Shown one piece after another: positions 1 to 12,500 of a DNA stretch of 34,345 nucleotides (position 1 is its first letter; every line of letters begins with the position of its first letter). The DNA comes from Choristocarpus tenellus KU-1152. Taxonomy: Eukaryota > Protista > Phaeophyceae. The notes beneath the pieces are model-generated. The model searched no databases and was not told the origin of the DNA. It saw only the letters and a program-made list of their open reading frames with translations. The stretch covers positions 1 through 34,345 of the forward strand of contig CAXNAD020000054.1 of NCBI GenBank assembly GCA_964200185.2, in the 5' to 3' direction. The position numbers were made by a program, and so were the translations under genes.

Positions 1-319
1 CAGTAGGGGACCGGACAGCAAGACCGGCAGGACCGACGCCAACAGGTGACTTGAGGGGCGATGGCGATCGAGGCGACAGCGGTAAAGAGGATGAAGAAGC
101 TGAGGAAGAAAGTGTCTGCAAAAGGGACGATGATCCTGGCTTATCAAAAGGCTGGTCCAATGCCACAGCTTCAAGATAATCACGAAGCATTTTCACCGTC
201 TCTTTCTGGCTGACCCAGAAAACAAGTAGCTCGTCCATTTTCACTCTTGCGCTAGAGAAATGCTCCAAGGAGGGAATAGGTGAGCCCAGGCCCAATCCCC
301 CACTTCCATTGGAACGCAT
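1..319 (-). CDS. 5' coding exon (truncated by window edge) of a probable PP2A regulatory subunit B'' (PR72/PR70, PPP2R3 family)
   Basis: Open frame from ATG (CAT 317-319) to the window edge: MRSNGSGGLGLGSPIPSLEHFSSARVKMDELLVFWVSQKETVKMLRDYLEAVALDQPFDKPGSSSLL...SPRSPSPLKSP. KMDELLVFWVSQKETVKMLRDYL resembles the conserved B'' N-terminal motif (K-x-DELFL-x-WLS-x-x-x-T-x-x-ML-x-D-x-L) and is followed by a Ser/Pro-rich linker, as in that family. Not in the ORF track because there is no stop inside the window. Confidence 0.7.
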   Translation of the reverse strand, partial: MRSNGSGGLGLGSPIPSLEHFSSARVKMDELLVFWVSQKETVKMLRDYLEAVALDQPFDKPGSSSLLQTLSSSASSSSLPLSPRSPSPLKSPVGVGPAGLAVRSPT

Positions 320-532
320 GTTCGGGAGGCAGAAGCCACCGTAATTTCCTCCTTTTGCTAGTTACCCCTGTAGCTATGATGGGATATCTTCTTGACAAAA
401 GGAACGACGCCTTTCTACTATGAAAGAACTCCTTGAGTTGATAACAAACATACTCAACAACACACGTAATGCGGCGGTTGCCTCACCTGTGCACAAGGAT
501 TGGGTGAATAAAGCCCCTGTTCAGTGGGCGAT
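320..532. promoter_or_regulatory. Putative bidirectional promoter / 5' UTR region between divergent genes
   Basis: Only 213 bp separate the two divergent ATGs (319 minus, 533 plus). No specific core motif identified. Confidence 0.55.
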
Positions 533-588
533 ATGCCTGATCCTGAAGGATCATGGGTGGCTGACTATTTTTCTGTAGTTGGTTCAAG
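533..588 (+). CDS. DENN-HET-MORN gene exon 1
   Basis: MPDPEGSWVADYFSVVGS; VADYFxVVG is the typical DENN-protein N-terminal strand; donor AG|GTACGT, phase 2. Confidence 0.85.
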
Positions 589-3500
589 GTACGTCTCACA
601 TCTTGTTCAAACGTCCCAACGACATCGCTTGATTATAATACAGTTAATTGTATATACACCTTGTCAACACTGCCTTTCAATCTTATTCACTCTGGAATGT
701 TGCAAGATGAAGATTAGAGGATGGGGAAAATTGAGATATGCCTTGCGATTGGCCCTAATCTGATTCCAACTTTCTCCACTCAGGGGTGATGGTGACATGG
801 ACCTTCTAGACCCAGAGCTGCACTCTCCAGATATGCTCGGGTGCATTTGGGAGGATGCAATCACCGATATCGTTGTAATCAGGTGAAATATGCCGTGTTA
901 TTTGTTGTGATTTCTCATCTCCAAAATTCTATCACTTCCACGGTGTCAAGGTGGTCCGAGTCGTATTGGACCACCCTGGAGCAGAGGACATCTTGAAGTA
1001 GTTCGAGTAAATCGAGCAATTCTCTTGTGTCATCTTTTCTCAAGCAAACAATAAAACCTAGCTGCAGCAACCTCACAGTTATAGGTTGTGGTTGAAGGCG
1101 ACCAAGCGTGATCTAAGATTTTCTCTCCTCCCATTCTACTACCAATACATTTTATTTCATGGTTAGCTTGAATGAGCTCAAAGATTGAGGCACTCGATAC
1201 CTCCTGCAATTTTGGGAGGTCTACCGCGATTTTTATCCATGGTAAATTTTAATGTCTAGAGTTGATGACAAAGCGTTTGCCACACACATTCCCCATAAAA
1301 TGTCGTGAAGCATTAGTGGTAGCAAGGAGGCAAGCCCATTTCGTGGAAACAGAGTGAATTTCTGGTGCTTGACCATGTGTCTTGCTATTTATTTTGCTTT
1401 TCAATCGCAAAAATGTAAAGAGAGTGCAAGCATCTAACTCGGATGATCGTACATGGACATTAATGTACATCGGATACACCGTATGACTACATTTCCGCGA
1501 GGACGGTAGTGATACTATTAGGGTATAGCTTCAACATGATGGAGCCTCCCTTATACCGGAGTCAAAGTATCTTAGAGGGTAGAGCCGTATCCAGTTAGGG
1601 GCCAAAATTCAGTTTTGCAATTTTGATGTAATTTTGGCTATAATGTTTGTTAGAAAATGCCAGTATCCTTGTTCCGGACACACCTTTTCATAACGTATTT
1701 ATTTTACGTGTTCCGAAACATTTTGAAGTCGGTAAAATGTCATTAAAAACCTGTGGGAAGCCAAGCCCCAAATGGACAAACAGGGAAAACTCGTACCCTC
1801 TAAGATACTTTCACTCACCAGTCATGTCTGGCTTCAGTAATCATAGCTCTCCGATCCTGTCAAAGGACTATTATGCTGTGATCTGCAGCACAAAGTGAAC
1901 TACTGTGACAATGTAGATGGGGAGTGCAGAGTTCATGTATGTGTCCTTGCATGATGCATTTCCCAAGTATTTATGTATACTCTGTTGTTATCCTCCTCTG
2001 TGGCTTGTATGCACTGGGTGTTTATATTGGTAGTGTAAGGTAATGCTACCTCTTCCTTCAATGTATTGAGAATTTAGATTCCAGGACGGTGTCGAGGTAT
2101 TAAGTTCCCACACAATTTTGATATGTGGGGTTTTCTATTTTCCATTTATTTTTCCAGGCCTGGGAAGGGTGAGGCTTGCCCAGATGGCTATGAGCTAATT
2201 GAACGAACGCCAGGTAACCACAAGGCAGACCTTAATCATGGACGTGTTCGAAGCTGGGGACTTCACCGGGTAGTTCACTTGGCGATACGTAGACAACATG
2301 TGTCAAACAGGTGAGATTGTTACACTTACTCTATTGATCACTTAGAATATCAGATAAAGTTGGCCTCTTCCTTCCTCTGTGATGAAAAAATGTGATCCAG
2401 TCAGACTCTTTCATGGGCCTTCCTGCTGGTGGGTTGCAATGTGTACCATTGATCAACAAGATGCGCTCATATTGTTGTGTTGCATTGATTTTCCAAGGGC
2501 ACTGAGCTGATCGAGAGGGCATTCAACTGCTCCTACTACAGCATGGTGGAAAGGTTGCTGTTCTGACAACATAGGGCGGATGCTAGTGTTTTTGTCTTGC
2601 ACCGTGCATTACAGAGCAAACATTTGTTCTGGTTTGTCTTGCATACTATTGGCCTGATCTAAGTTTTGTTTTTACAACCTCTCTTACCTTCATCAGGAAC
2701 GATTACATTGCAGACATTCAGGTTGTCTACCCCAATCTGGAGTCACCTCCTGAGGGGAATGGCTGGGAGCTTATAAGAGAGAGTGTGTCTGGAAAGAAAG
2801 CCAAACTCAACCAGGAAAGTGCCTGTCCTTTTAGAGATGTTTATTTGGAGGTCTCAGTTAGGTTTACCCCTGGATCTGCAAGGTTCAAAGAAAAAGAGTG
2901 CCCTGCTCTATAATAATTTACTGTTACTTTTTGCCCCCTTGCCTTGGATGCTTCCATATTCCATAGGGTGGTGAGGATGTTATGCTTGCTGTTCGTCGCG
3001 TTGTGCGTGACTTGCTGGACTGTCCTCCATCCGTATGCTCTCTTTGTGTCCTTCTGCGTAACAAGGGGGAGGAACCACCTCCAGGATACCGTGTCATCGA
3101 AAAGGTGTTGGGAGTACTAGGTTTGCTAGAGGGTGACTTTTGATTGGTTTGAAATAATTCGGTGTTCTTGAAACTCTTCCAATTGTCTCAGAAAGTGTAC
3201 CCGTCACCATTTACTATACTGGTGAGAATATGATAGTGTGGACCACAAGTGAGGTTATATCAATATATGTTTTTAAAGTGATTATTGGTCATGTTCCTGT
3301 TAACACTCGAAGCTAAATCTTGATTTTGGAATGAAGAGTGCAAAGTGATTGAACATTTTTTACTCTTCTCATATCAGATTCTGCTGAAGGCAGACCCATG
3401 GATTTCAGTGCAATGAATGTTGTCACGATTTCTGTACATGATGCTTTGATGGTTTAATTTATGTCAGGACCTGAACAAGGGCAAATTTGGAGACACTGTA

Positions 3501-6500
3501 CACCTTGCGTATCAGTTGGGGGGTGCTCTCAGCTTGTGCCGCCTCCCATATCGGTCCACTATCTTGGATCGGTACCCTGAGGAAGACTCCTCAATATTCC
3601 CGTTTCCTGGAGATCAGCTTCCAATGTTTGTATACCCCAAGGTAAGGTGGTGCAATCGATGGAGGAAATGGATGATGTTACCTCTTTCAGGGCGTTTGAG
3701 GTGTTACATATGGTGTGTAGTCTGTACTACATTAAATGATGCAAAAATTCTGGTGTGTAGTAGTATGTAGCAATGATTGATCAATGCACATGAGAGCATG
3801 AGGATCTGTACTGGATTGCCATTGTTAAGGTGTAGAGTCCTTCCTCATGCCATTTAGTACAAATGTTTTGTGGGGTATTTACCACCTTCAGGGCATGCTG
3901 CTGGAGCGTCGTTCTGGTCATGACACCCCGAAGCCTTCCTTCTTCAGCTTTGTGTTCACCAATGTAGATGGGCGGCGCACATACACTGCCTGCCTCACCT
4001 TCTATGAACCTCTGGCACCCGCTGCAGTCAGGTAGGCACCTTATATGGAAAAGTGTTTGTAGTGTAAGTAATAAGAAGCTATCATACGCTGTGCACTGCA
4101 TATTTGAATTGCTGGTCTATTGAATGTTTTGGAAATGCACGTGTTGGTCATCTGGACTTGCTCCTTTGCAAAGAAATTCAGCCCTACCTGGTTCCTTACT
4201 TTCAGGCGACTGAAGCGAAAAGTTATGGATAGACCAAGTGACTCTAGCACATCCACATCAACAGCTGGAGGAGATAAATGTGGACTGGAGACAGGAGGAG
4301 AGGTGTGACTGTTGATATTTAAAATAGGTGTTAATGTATTGTATTCTCTGTGGTAATGGGGATTTTCTCATGACTGTGGCAGCATGTGCTACATAGCCTC
4401 TAACTTTCCCTGCTCAACAGGTGCGTGTGGGTATGCAAACAGCCCTTGGGGTATCCAGTATCTTGAATTCTTCACAGCACTCAGGAGCAAGGTCAAGGTC
4501 AGGGACGGGGTCGTGGTCAGGTGCTGGACTAGGGGTGGCGTCACGGCCGCGTAGGACTGGGTTGGGGAGTGTTGGGCAATCTTCAGGATTGAGGACAGCA
4601 ACATCATCCTGGAAGAGGCAACCCTCATTCTCAGCCCAAGGGCGGACCGGACTGTTACCACCAGTTGTGGGACCTCTCTCAGAGACAACAAGTGGGGCAC
4701 CATATTCACCAAGTCAACCCCAGTGGCCTCCGCCACAGCGAGCTTCAAGCAACAGCTTGTCATCAGGAACATTGTTGTCTCATATGGTAGAAGACCAAAT
4801 TGTAGAGGAGAGTGTCAAAGATATTCATCTCGATCATAAGAAACAAAGTGTAGAGGCCAGGGGTGTGGCTGGTGCTGAGGAAGAGGCTGAAAAAATAAGC
4901 AAGCTTCATATGGCAAATAACATAATCTCAGCGACTGACCCTTTGGAGGCTGAAAAGCCATGTCTAGAGGTGTCAGGTGTTGTCAGTAATGCAGGAGCAG
5001 ATGAGTTCACCATTGGAGAAGCAGCTCTCAACCCAAAATTGGAGAATTCTGAACTAGTCAGTGGTGCTGGCAATTGTGTTTTGTCTTTGGTAGAAGATCA
5101 AGATTGTGTGTTTGCTCCTAAGACAATATGTGTGATCTCTCGTTTCCCAATATATGGTGTCTTGAGACGTTTCCTTCGACATCTCTATGCCATCAGCCTC
5201 TCTCTCACAGGAGTGCCATTGGAGCGCTACATATCATATTTTGTGGCCTGTATACCAATGCCTTTCCCAGGTGTGTGGGATAGTAAGAGAGAGACATTCT
5301 TGCAGTAGGTGCAACGTCAACCTCATTTTTTTGTTGTTAATAATTTCACTGAAGTTGTGGACTATTTTTTCAAGGTGTTGTCACATAATATTTAACTTAG
5401 CAGCATAGATTGCAAATTCTAGAAATACTTTTTTCACACAGTGAGTACAGTGCCTCAGTGGTTGAACTGACTGATAGCAAGCAATTTGCATCTAATACCT
5501 ACCTGCCCTTAAACAGGTGGTCGAAGTTTCCACGTCTATCTTGAGCCTCTGGAAGACGAAGACCCACGAAGATCTCGACTGAAGCCCATTACGTTGCTGA
5601 TGCCACCAGATCCATGGCTGCCACTGATGGACATTGATTTCAGTGCACCATTTCGTTGCCTCTCTGTGCACTCTGTATTGACAGTGTTTGCCCTAATGCT
5701 TCAGGTAACCTTTTTTCCTTGTCTTCTTTGTGACCCACTTCTGAAACGTGCAGTGCAACACTTCTTAATCCTTCCCTGTGCTGGTTATCTGAATAATTCT
5801 GTGACTCATGCACTTTCCCTTTCTTTGTTTTTTCCTTAGGAGGCAAAGATCATTTTCTTGTCAAGCAGAGCAGAGCTGCTGACACAAGTGATGGAGGTAC
5901 GCCTGAGAGGTTACTGATACCTCAAAATGTGTAGTTGGGCTTCAGTCTTTTCAAGTTTCCATGGTGATGAACGTCAATCATAGATCAGTATGAATAAAAT
6001 TGCATTGCTCTGTTGTGCGTTATTGCCAGGCCTTTGAGGCTCTCTTTCCATGTGTTCTAAAGGGTCCTTTTCAATAGCTGTACAACACTTCAGTTACGAG
6101 TTTCCCCCTTGATGTGTATGTGTACGTGTGTATGTGTATGTATTACGTGTTAGGAATGAGTATGGCATACGGTGATTGCCCTGACACATCAATGTTGGTA
6201 AGTATTGATTATTATTAATGCAAAGAATTAGTTTCTGAACTTCAAAAATCATTTTGAGTATGGTGGATTTAGGGTCCGGTCCGCAGAGGAACACATTGTT
6301 TGGTTTGTGGAAAGTGTCTAAATTCTTTGAATGTGGTCAATAGGTGAAGGTCCAATCATGTATGCATTGTGGATGTCTGTATTTTCAATTTTTGTGTCAT
6401 GTCCATCTTTCAGTCTGATCCACTGTAGTAATGGCTGAGTCAGGAGGGGTTGGATTTTATGTGTGTAGATTTAACTAGCCTGGTGTAAAGTATTGCTGAA

Positions 6501-9500
6501 AGGATCAGTCCAGTTTTGAAAGGATCAGTCTAGTTTTGAGCCATTGGCATTTCTTGAACGTTTGGTCCAGACTGTGAACAAGAATAATACTACACAGTAC
6601 ATTTTTCTAAGGTCCAGTCTTAGGTTGTCAACTATTTCTACAGTTCGGTCTGAAGGTGGACCCTCAGCTCTCTATCTTACCATGGCCAGGTTAAACTGCC
6701 TAGTTCAGCGACAAGTACTGAAAATGGGTCAAGTTTAGTTTAAATGGTGTGATCATAGGGAACATGTCTTTTGATTCCTAGAGGTCCAACAAAATGAGAT
6801 TTTTGAAATAGTATTAATTAAAGATATATTTGTGGCAGGGATGAAAGGATTTAAGTGCAAGACTTTAATTGACTTGAAATTTTTTCAGTTCCATCACAAG
6901 TCCATTTTTTTTTCTAAAATGTGTTTTACACATCATGGGAAATGCTCTATTGTCAGGCATTGCGAAGCCTTCTGTTCCCTATGGAATGGCAATCGGTTTA
7001 TGTTCCACAGCTACCATATGCCCTTGCTGGATGCCTGGAATGCCCTGGAGGATTCATGATTGGTATGCGTCTCACCAAGGTGGAACTCATGGATGAAGCT
7101 GGTGGCACAGCAGCCATCATCAGGGACTTAGGACTAGATGGGTAATGCAAAGGCTGCACCACAATGTCAAAGGAGCTTGGGGTTGACTTTAGAACCATGC
7201 CTCATGCTTTCTGAGATATACTTTAATGCTACCCGTAATCAGTTGTTTGTAAGAGGAGCGATAAACTTGCCATTTCACATTGTTAAAATACCAGTAGATA
7301 TTCCATACACAATTGGTGCGCATCGATGAGATTAGATTGCAACATGACTGTATGGTAGGAAGGAACAGTCAAGTTGTGAAATGCTAGAAAATCCAATTCT
7401 GTGCCATGTTGTCTTGTTTGGTATGTTGCAGGTTTAGGAGCAGACACCTTGTATGGTTTGTCATTTGTCCTGATGTTATCATGTAGTTTCTGCACTGGAA
7501 GTGGATGCATAGGTTTTCAACACTCCTGTTTTGCCACATTTTATTACTTTTCTTCTTTTTAGGTCCCCACATGTCCTGTTTTCTGTGTTAATTTTGTTAA
7601 TTTGTTAATGCAGTGTTGCAAATGCTGTAAACCTAGATACAGGAGAGGTGAGACTATGTTCAGGGGCAATTGCTGATGTGGATCCTTCCCGTCGACATGA
7701 CCTACACCATGAAAAAAAGGTTTGTCACACATATCAAATAGTCTGTGAACATTGATGCAGCTCCTCAAGTGTTTGTGTTGTGGCATTTAATTATTCTCAA
7801 AATTTTGTTCTTCATGCAGTGCTACCTACCAAGCTAGTCTATCATATTCAATGGAATCAATCTTCGGCGAGATATGTCCTCTAGTCTGTGATGATTGTCC
7901 TCTAGTCTGTGATGATTGTCCACAAATGTTGTATTGACACGCCTTGCCCCTGTTTTTGACATGATGTACTATCCAATGCTATGGGCAGTTTCAGCATAAA
8001 GTTTTCCAAAATCATGGATGGGAGAAGAAGCGAAAACGACTCCTTCAGTTTCGCCGATCTAGACAATTGCTAATATATAGTCACACAAAGGGGTGCTCAC
8101 AGGGCACAGGAGATGGAAGCTCAGGGAGCCCAACGGATCTTGGAGAAGAGGAAAGAGCTACCCCCTGGCTTCCTCACCCTCTACATGCTGATCTGGAATC
8201 TCGCCTTACTCGGGAGCTAATAGGAAAAGCAGGAGTCAGGGTTGGAGCTGAAGAAGACTTGGATCAGTATGAGAGTGCATTTGAGTTTGCTCCTTCACCG
8301 GACATGTGAGGCATTCCTAAACTCAATGCCTTGGACTAAAACCTTTGTTTTGTTTCTAAGAATATTTGATCGACCATGTCACACGCAAGTATAGATGAAG
8401 CAATAGCTATGTTGAATTTGACAAGTTAACCAGCTGCTCACACCTCCTGTGTGCTGTTGAGCAGGACAGATGAGTTTGGAGATGACTACAAACTGAGGCA
8501 CCGAATGCCATTCAGTAGTGCACATATCAAATCAGTGGACTCCGCCAATGTTGATGTGGACAGGAATATCACCCAGAACATGCGTGAAAGGTATATCAAG
8601 GCCATGTAGAGGTTTTGCACCATGTACAGGCAATAGTAAGTCATGTTTCAACTTGCCTATACACCTTGTATCTAGCGCTGTTTATATTTATACTTCAACT
8701 CTTGAAAACCTTTCCATTACAATTTTCAATAAAGAATTGGGGCACCAGATCCTTTCAATCCCATGTCTAGCAGGGCATTGTCCTTTATAGGTTGAAAGTT
8801 TCTGGCATTGTTGCAAGCAGCAGGAAGGTGTATACTGAGTTTTTACATACTGCACCCACCCATGTGGACCTGCAAGTTGGAGAAAAATTTTAACACTCAC
8901 GTTCAACCTCGAAGGACAAGTTATATAACTTGTAGTGGATAAACCTGCTTCAATTGTAGAGTATGAAACCTGAACATACATACAAATGAATGACCCAATC
9001 ACAACACCAATGCCCACACAATTTATTTCTTCTTCCAGTTGTCACAACAGTGACACCGCTGCTGCTTCTGTTGGGGAGTTTGGTGCAACTGCAGTTGTGC
9101 GTGACTGTTTTATTTGTTGCATGGCTGAGCTGCTGGGTGGCATCGGCAATTTTGTTAGGCGCTCAGAGGCAAAACGCTCCAGACACACCTTAAGGTGCCT
9201 GCCCCCCATGGTGTAAAACTGAATTCTTCTCAACAATGTGGACAAAAATTTGTATTGTAGAGCTCGAGCATTCAACTATATTTTTTTGTATGTATAGTGA
9301 CCATGTTCCAAATGATCATGTACAATCCCAATTGTCCCCTCACTTGTCTCAATGGAGATACCTCTTACCTATTGCTGACCTTAATTGGTAAGTTAGCATA
9401 TAGAGCTATTATAATGTATTTAATGTACGAAAGTGAACTATCACACATGACATGTCCACACCTCACCTATCCAGGACAAGGCCACTGGATGAGCTTTTCA

Positions 9501-12500
9501 ATATGGGAGATTTCCTTGAAGGGGTGGATAAGCAAGTTCGTCCATTTGTGCAACGACTAACCTCCACACAAATGTTCTGGGTTATGGTCCAAAAATGGCT
9601 GGAATCATCAGAAAAGGATGACCAGCTTGTGTTCTTTGAGGAGTGTGTCATTGCCATCAAGAATCGGCGTGCTGGGGCTGTAGTTGAAAGCCTGGGAGAA
9701 AGTGGAACTGGTCCAGGGTAAGTGCATAGAACATCCAAAACTTCAGTAGATCAGTCTTGTCTTGGCCATGAGAACAAGTAGCAATTTTACTATTTCACCA
9801 GACCTGTACTGCCTGTACTGATTGGAATAACATTGAATAGGAGGAAACACATTGATTTTTCATCTCAACAAACTCAAAGTATGGTCCACTGTTTTCTATC
9901 TTGTGCACATGAAGCTTTTTCACCAGACCAGGAAAATCTGAAGAGACCAGTCAGTAGACTGACCCCATAGAAATATTTGAAATATTTTTGAGAGGACTGG
10001 GACACAGCTGTCAGATATTGTTGCTCGGTTCTCCTGGTCACAGCTGTATTTTTTTTTAAGATTGCAGTGGATGGGGGTTTCAAAAATGTTTTTGTACCTA
10101 GGTGTATTAAGAAACCCTAGGTGTCTGCCCAACATACTTTTACCAGGCTGGCCCAGTGTGTAAAATATCTATGATTTATCTATGATTTAGCTGGTCCTAG
10201 TAAAATGTTTCTGAGAGTGCTGTACCATTGGTATCAAAGACATTAATGGGGCCAAGTCCACGGGTGGGTCTGGGTACAATATTTTAGACTGGGCTGGTCC
10301 AGGTCTGTGATAGATTTTAGTTACAGATTTTAGTTACAGATTTAGTTGGACTGGGTCCACAGGTCAGCCCCTTGAAAGAAAAATTGACCCAGGGCTGACT
10401 GACAGTCCAGCTTTGAATATAGCATTTCGTTGTCTGTAACATGTCCTACACCGCTGCAAACACCCCAGGACACACAAATGAATTGAATAATTGAATGTTT
10501 GTTATCCTTGATTGCTTGAAAGAGATGTCTTACCATGATCAATCATTGAAAGGATATACTCGTGTGTGTGGGTACAAGATGTATCATCAAAATGGTTGTG
10601 TTATATCCGCTCTAGCGTGCACTTGAAGATCACATTGATTTATCACTGTGACATATTTATATGAGGAAACCTTGAAGTATTGTAAAGATTCTCATTGGCA
10701 AAGGGTTGCAACCTTCAAAGTGTGTTACATTGTTGATACTGTTGCCAACATCATTTACCAGAATCAGGTGAAATTGAAGTTATTTCAACAATTTCCACCT
10801 CCCAAAATGTTATTAATAATATAATTGGAGTGTTGAATGTCAACCTTAACTTTTTTTACGTGTACTGTGAACAAATGTACAAGGAATGGGGATTTGAGGT
10901 GTTTGTTGAGGGTGTCTATGTTATTAGAGATTCATCATCTTGGATCATCAGAGGAAGAGAGTAACAAGAGTGTATCTTTGAGGGGTATGTGAAGATGTGG
11001 CACTAGTTTGTATTTGAAGAGTGGTAATTATCCACCCAGCTTTACAGTAGATGGAGAGTTGTCCAAAATGATAACCTCAGCACGTGGCTACAATCACTTC
11101 TTTGTCAGAGGGAGATTGAAGTCGAGTAGGGTGTAGTTTGCACTTAACAGTTGGAAGGGGTGGTGTGAATCTGGTGCACAAGACCACTGATGTCTGTTTT
11201 TGTATTGTGCTTGATGTGATCAGAATGGTGATCTCAGTATTTATGGTATCTTGATATTGCTGTACATTTTACTAAATTTATACTATAATGTGTAACCTAG
11301 AAAACTCTGAAGAACCAAACCCACTGCTTACAGTACTGTATGGTTACTATGTGACATAAAGACATTGCAAGTATGCTGGGAGGGGATGATATGATTACTC
11401 AAACATTGTACATGGTAGATTTTGATGTTCTATTGGCCAACCTCTTCTGTCTACCATTTCCTTTCTGATTGTGGGTGTTTAGATTGATTGGTGAAGGCAT
11501 GATCCCCTCAACTTGATGCCGCAAAACATGGGTAAAGGCTACTGGATTATTGTGCCCCCACTGATTCCTGTAGTGAACCAGTGGTGCACTTGATCATAAT
11601 GTTCTGATATTTTTTTGACATCACAGAGTGAGTACCTACACATATAAATTATATTCTCATATCTAACTTGTCATTCAAAAGATGAATTTTCAATTTTTGT
11701 GGATATACATCATAGTTCTATGTATGGCAAACTTCGGAAAAAATGTTGCGTTTTTCAATTTTTTGTGTATGTTAAGTTAACGTGTTCAACTTCATCTTGG
11801 AAGTTAACTTGTTCAACTTGCTTTGTCCCAAAAACTAGCTTTTGATTTATTTCTCTGATAGCTTGTCTCAGAATCCAGTGATCATGAGAGCTTTTGTACT
11901 GTAATCCTATAATTGAACTAGAGAAATCTGTAGGAAGATTTAAAAAAAAATCAAAATGGGTGAGATGCTGGGTTTGGTCAAAACCAGAAGTTTTGGATGT
12001 TTTGGATGTTTTTGTGTCTAAATATTTTTCACCTCTCAATTTCTCTAGTGGAATCAAAAGCTTATGAGATAGCCTTCATTTGATGTGCTGATCATTCTGT
12101 GTCTGAGATGACCTACTGGGGAAATAAATCTGAATGTGGAGGAATATAGTACCCCTCAAAAATAGTATGGAAAACTTAAAGTGGCAATTACTCATGGGAA
12201 AATTTAAATGAAAAACTAAAATCAGTATGAGTACGCTCCTCTAATCGAGAGGTATTGATTGGGCTCTAGCACAGTTTACAAGTGGTATTACATTATTTTG
12301 TTGTTTGATATGGCTTTTAGTATGAAATTTAGTATGAAATCAGAGATAAAGAACATATTTTGTAGGCCTTTGAGTTCCATCTCCACAACCATGGGATATA
12401 CTGTACCACAACTTAGAATCAGATCAGGCTTGTCCCTTAGCAGTACTACAATGATCAATGTTTGCATCAAAACTTCTGGATCAATAGTTAAGGCAGGCAC

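Noticed and set aside
4389-4772. 127-aa antisense ORF and similar minus-strand ORFs over exons (for example 18467-18850, 21202-21657)
   Set aside because: Shadows of plus-strand exons with no independent coding evidence.
6110-6150. (TG/TA)-rich simple sequence
   Set aside because: Degenerate microsatellite with no further significance.
10900-11200. Minus-strand LSANYTLLDF...HVLRL, faintly like a Gypsy integrase C-terminus
   Set aside because: Too short and degenerate to support without a search.
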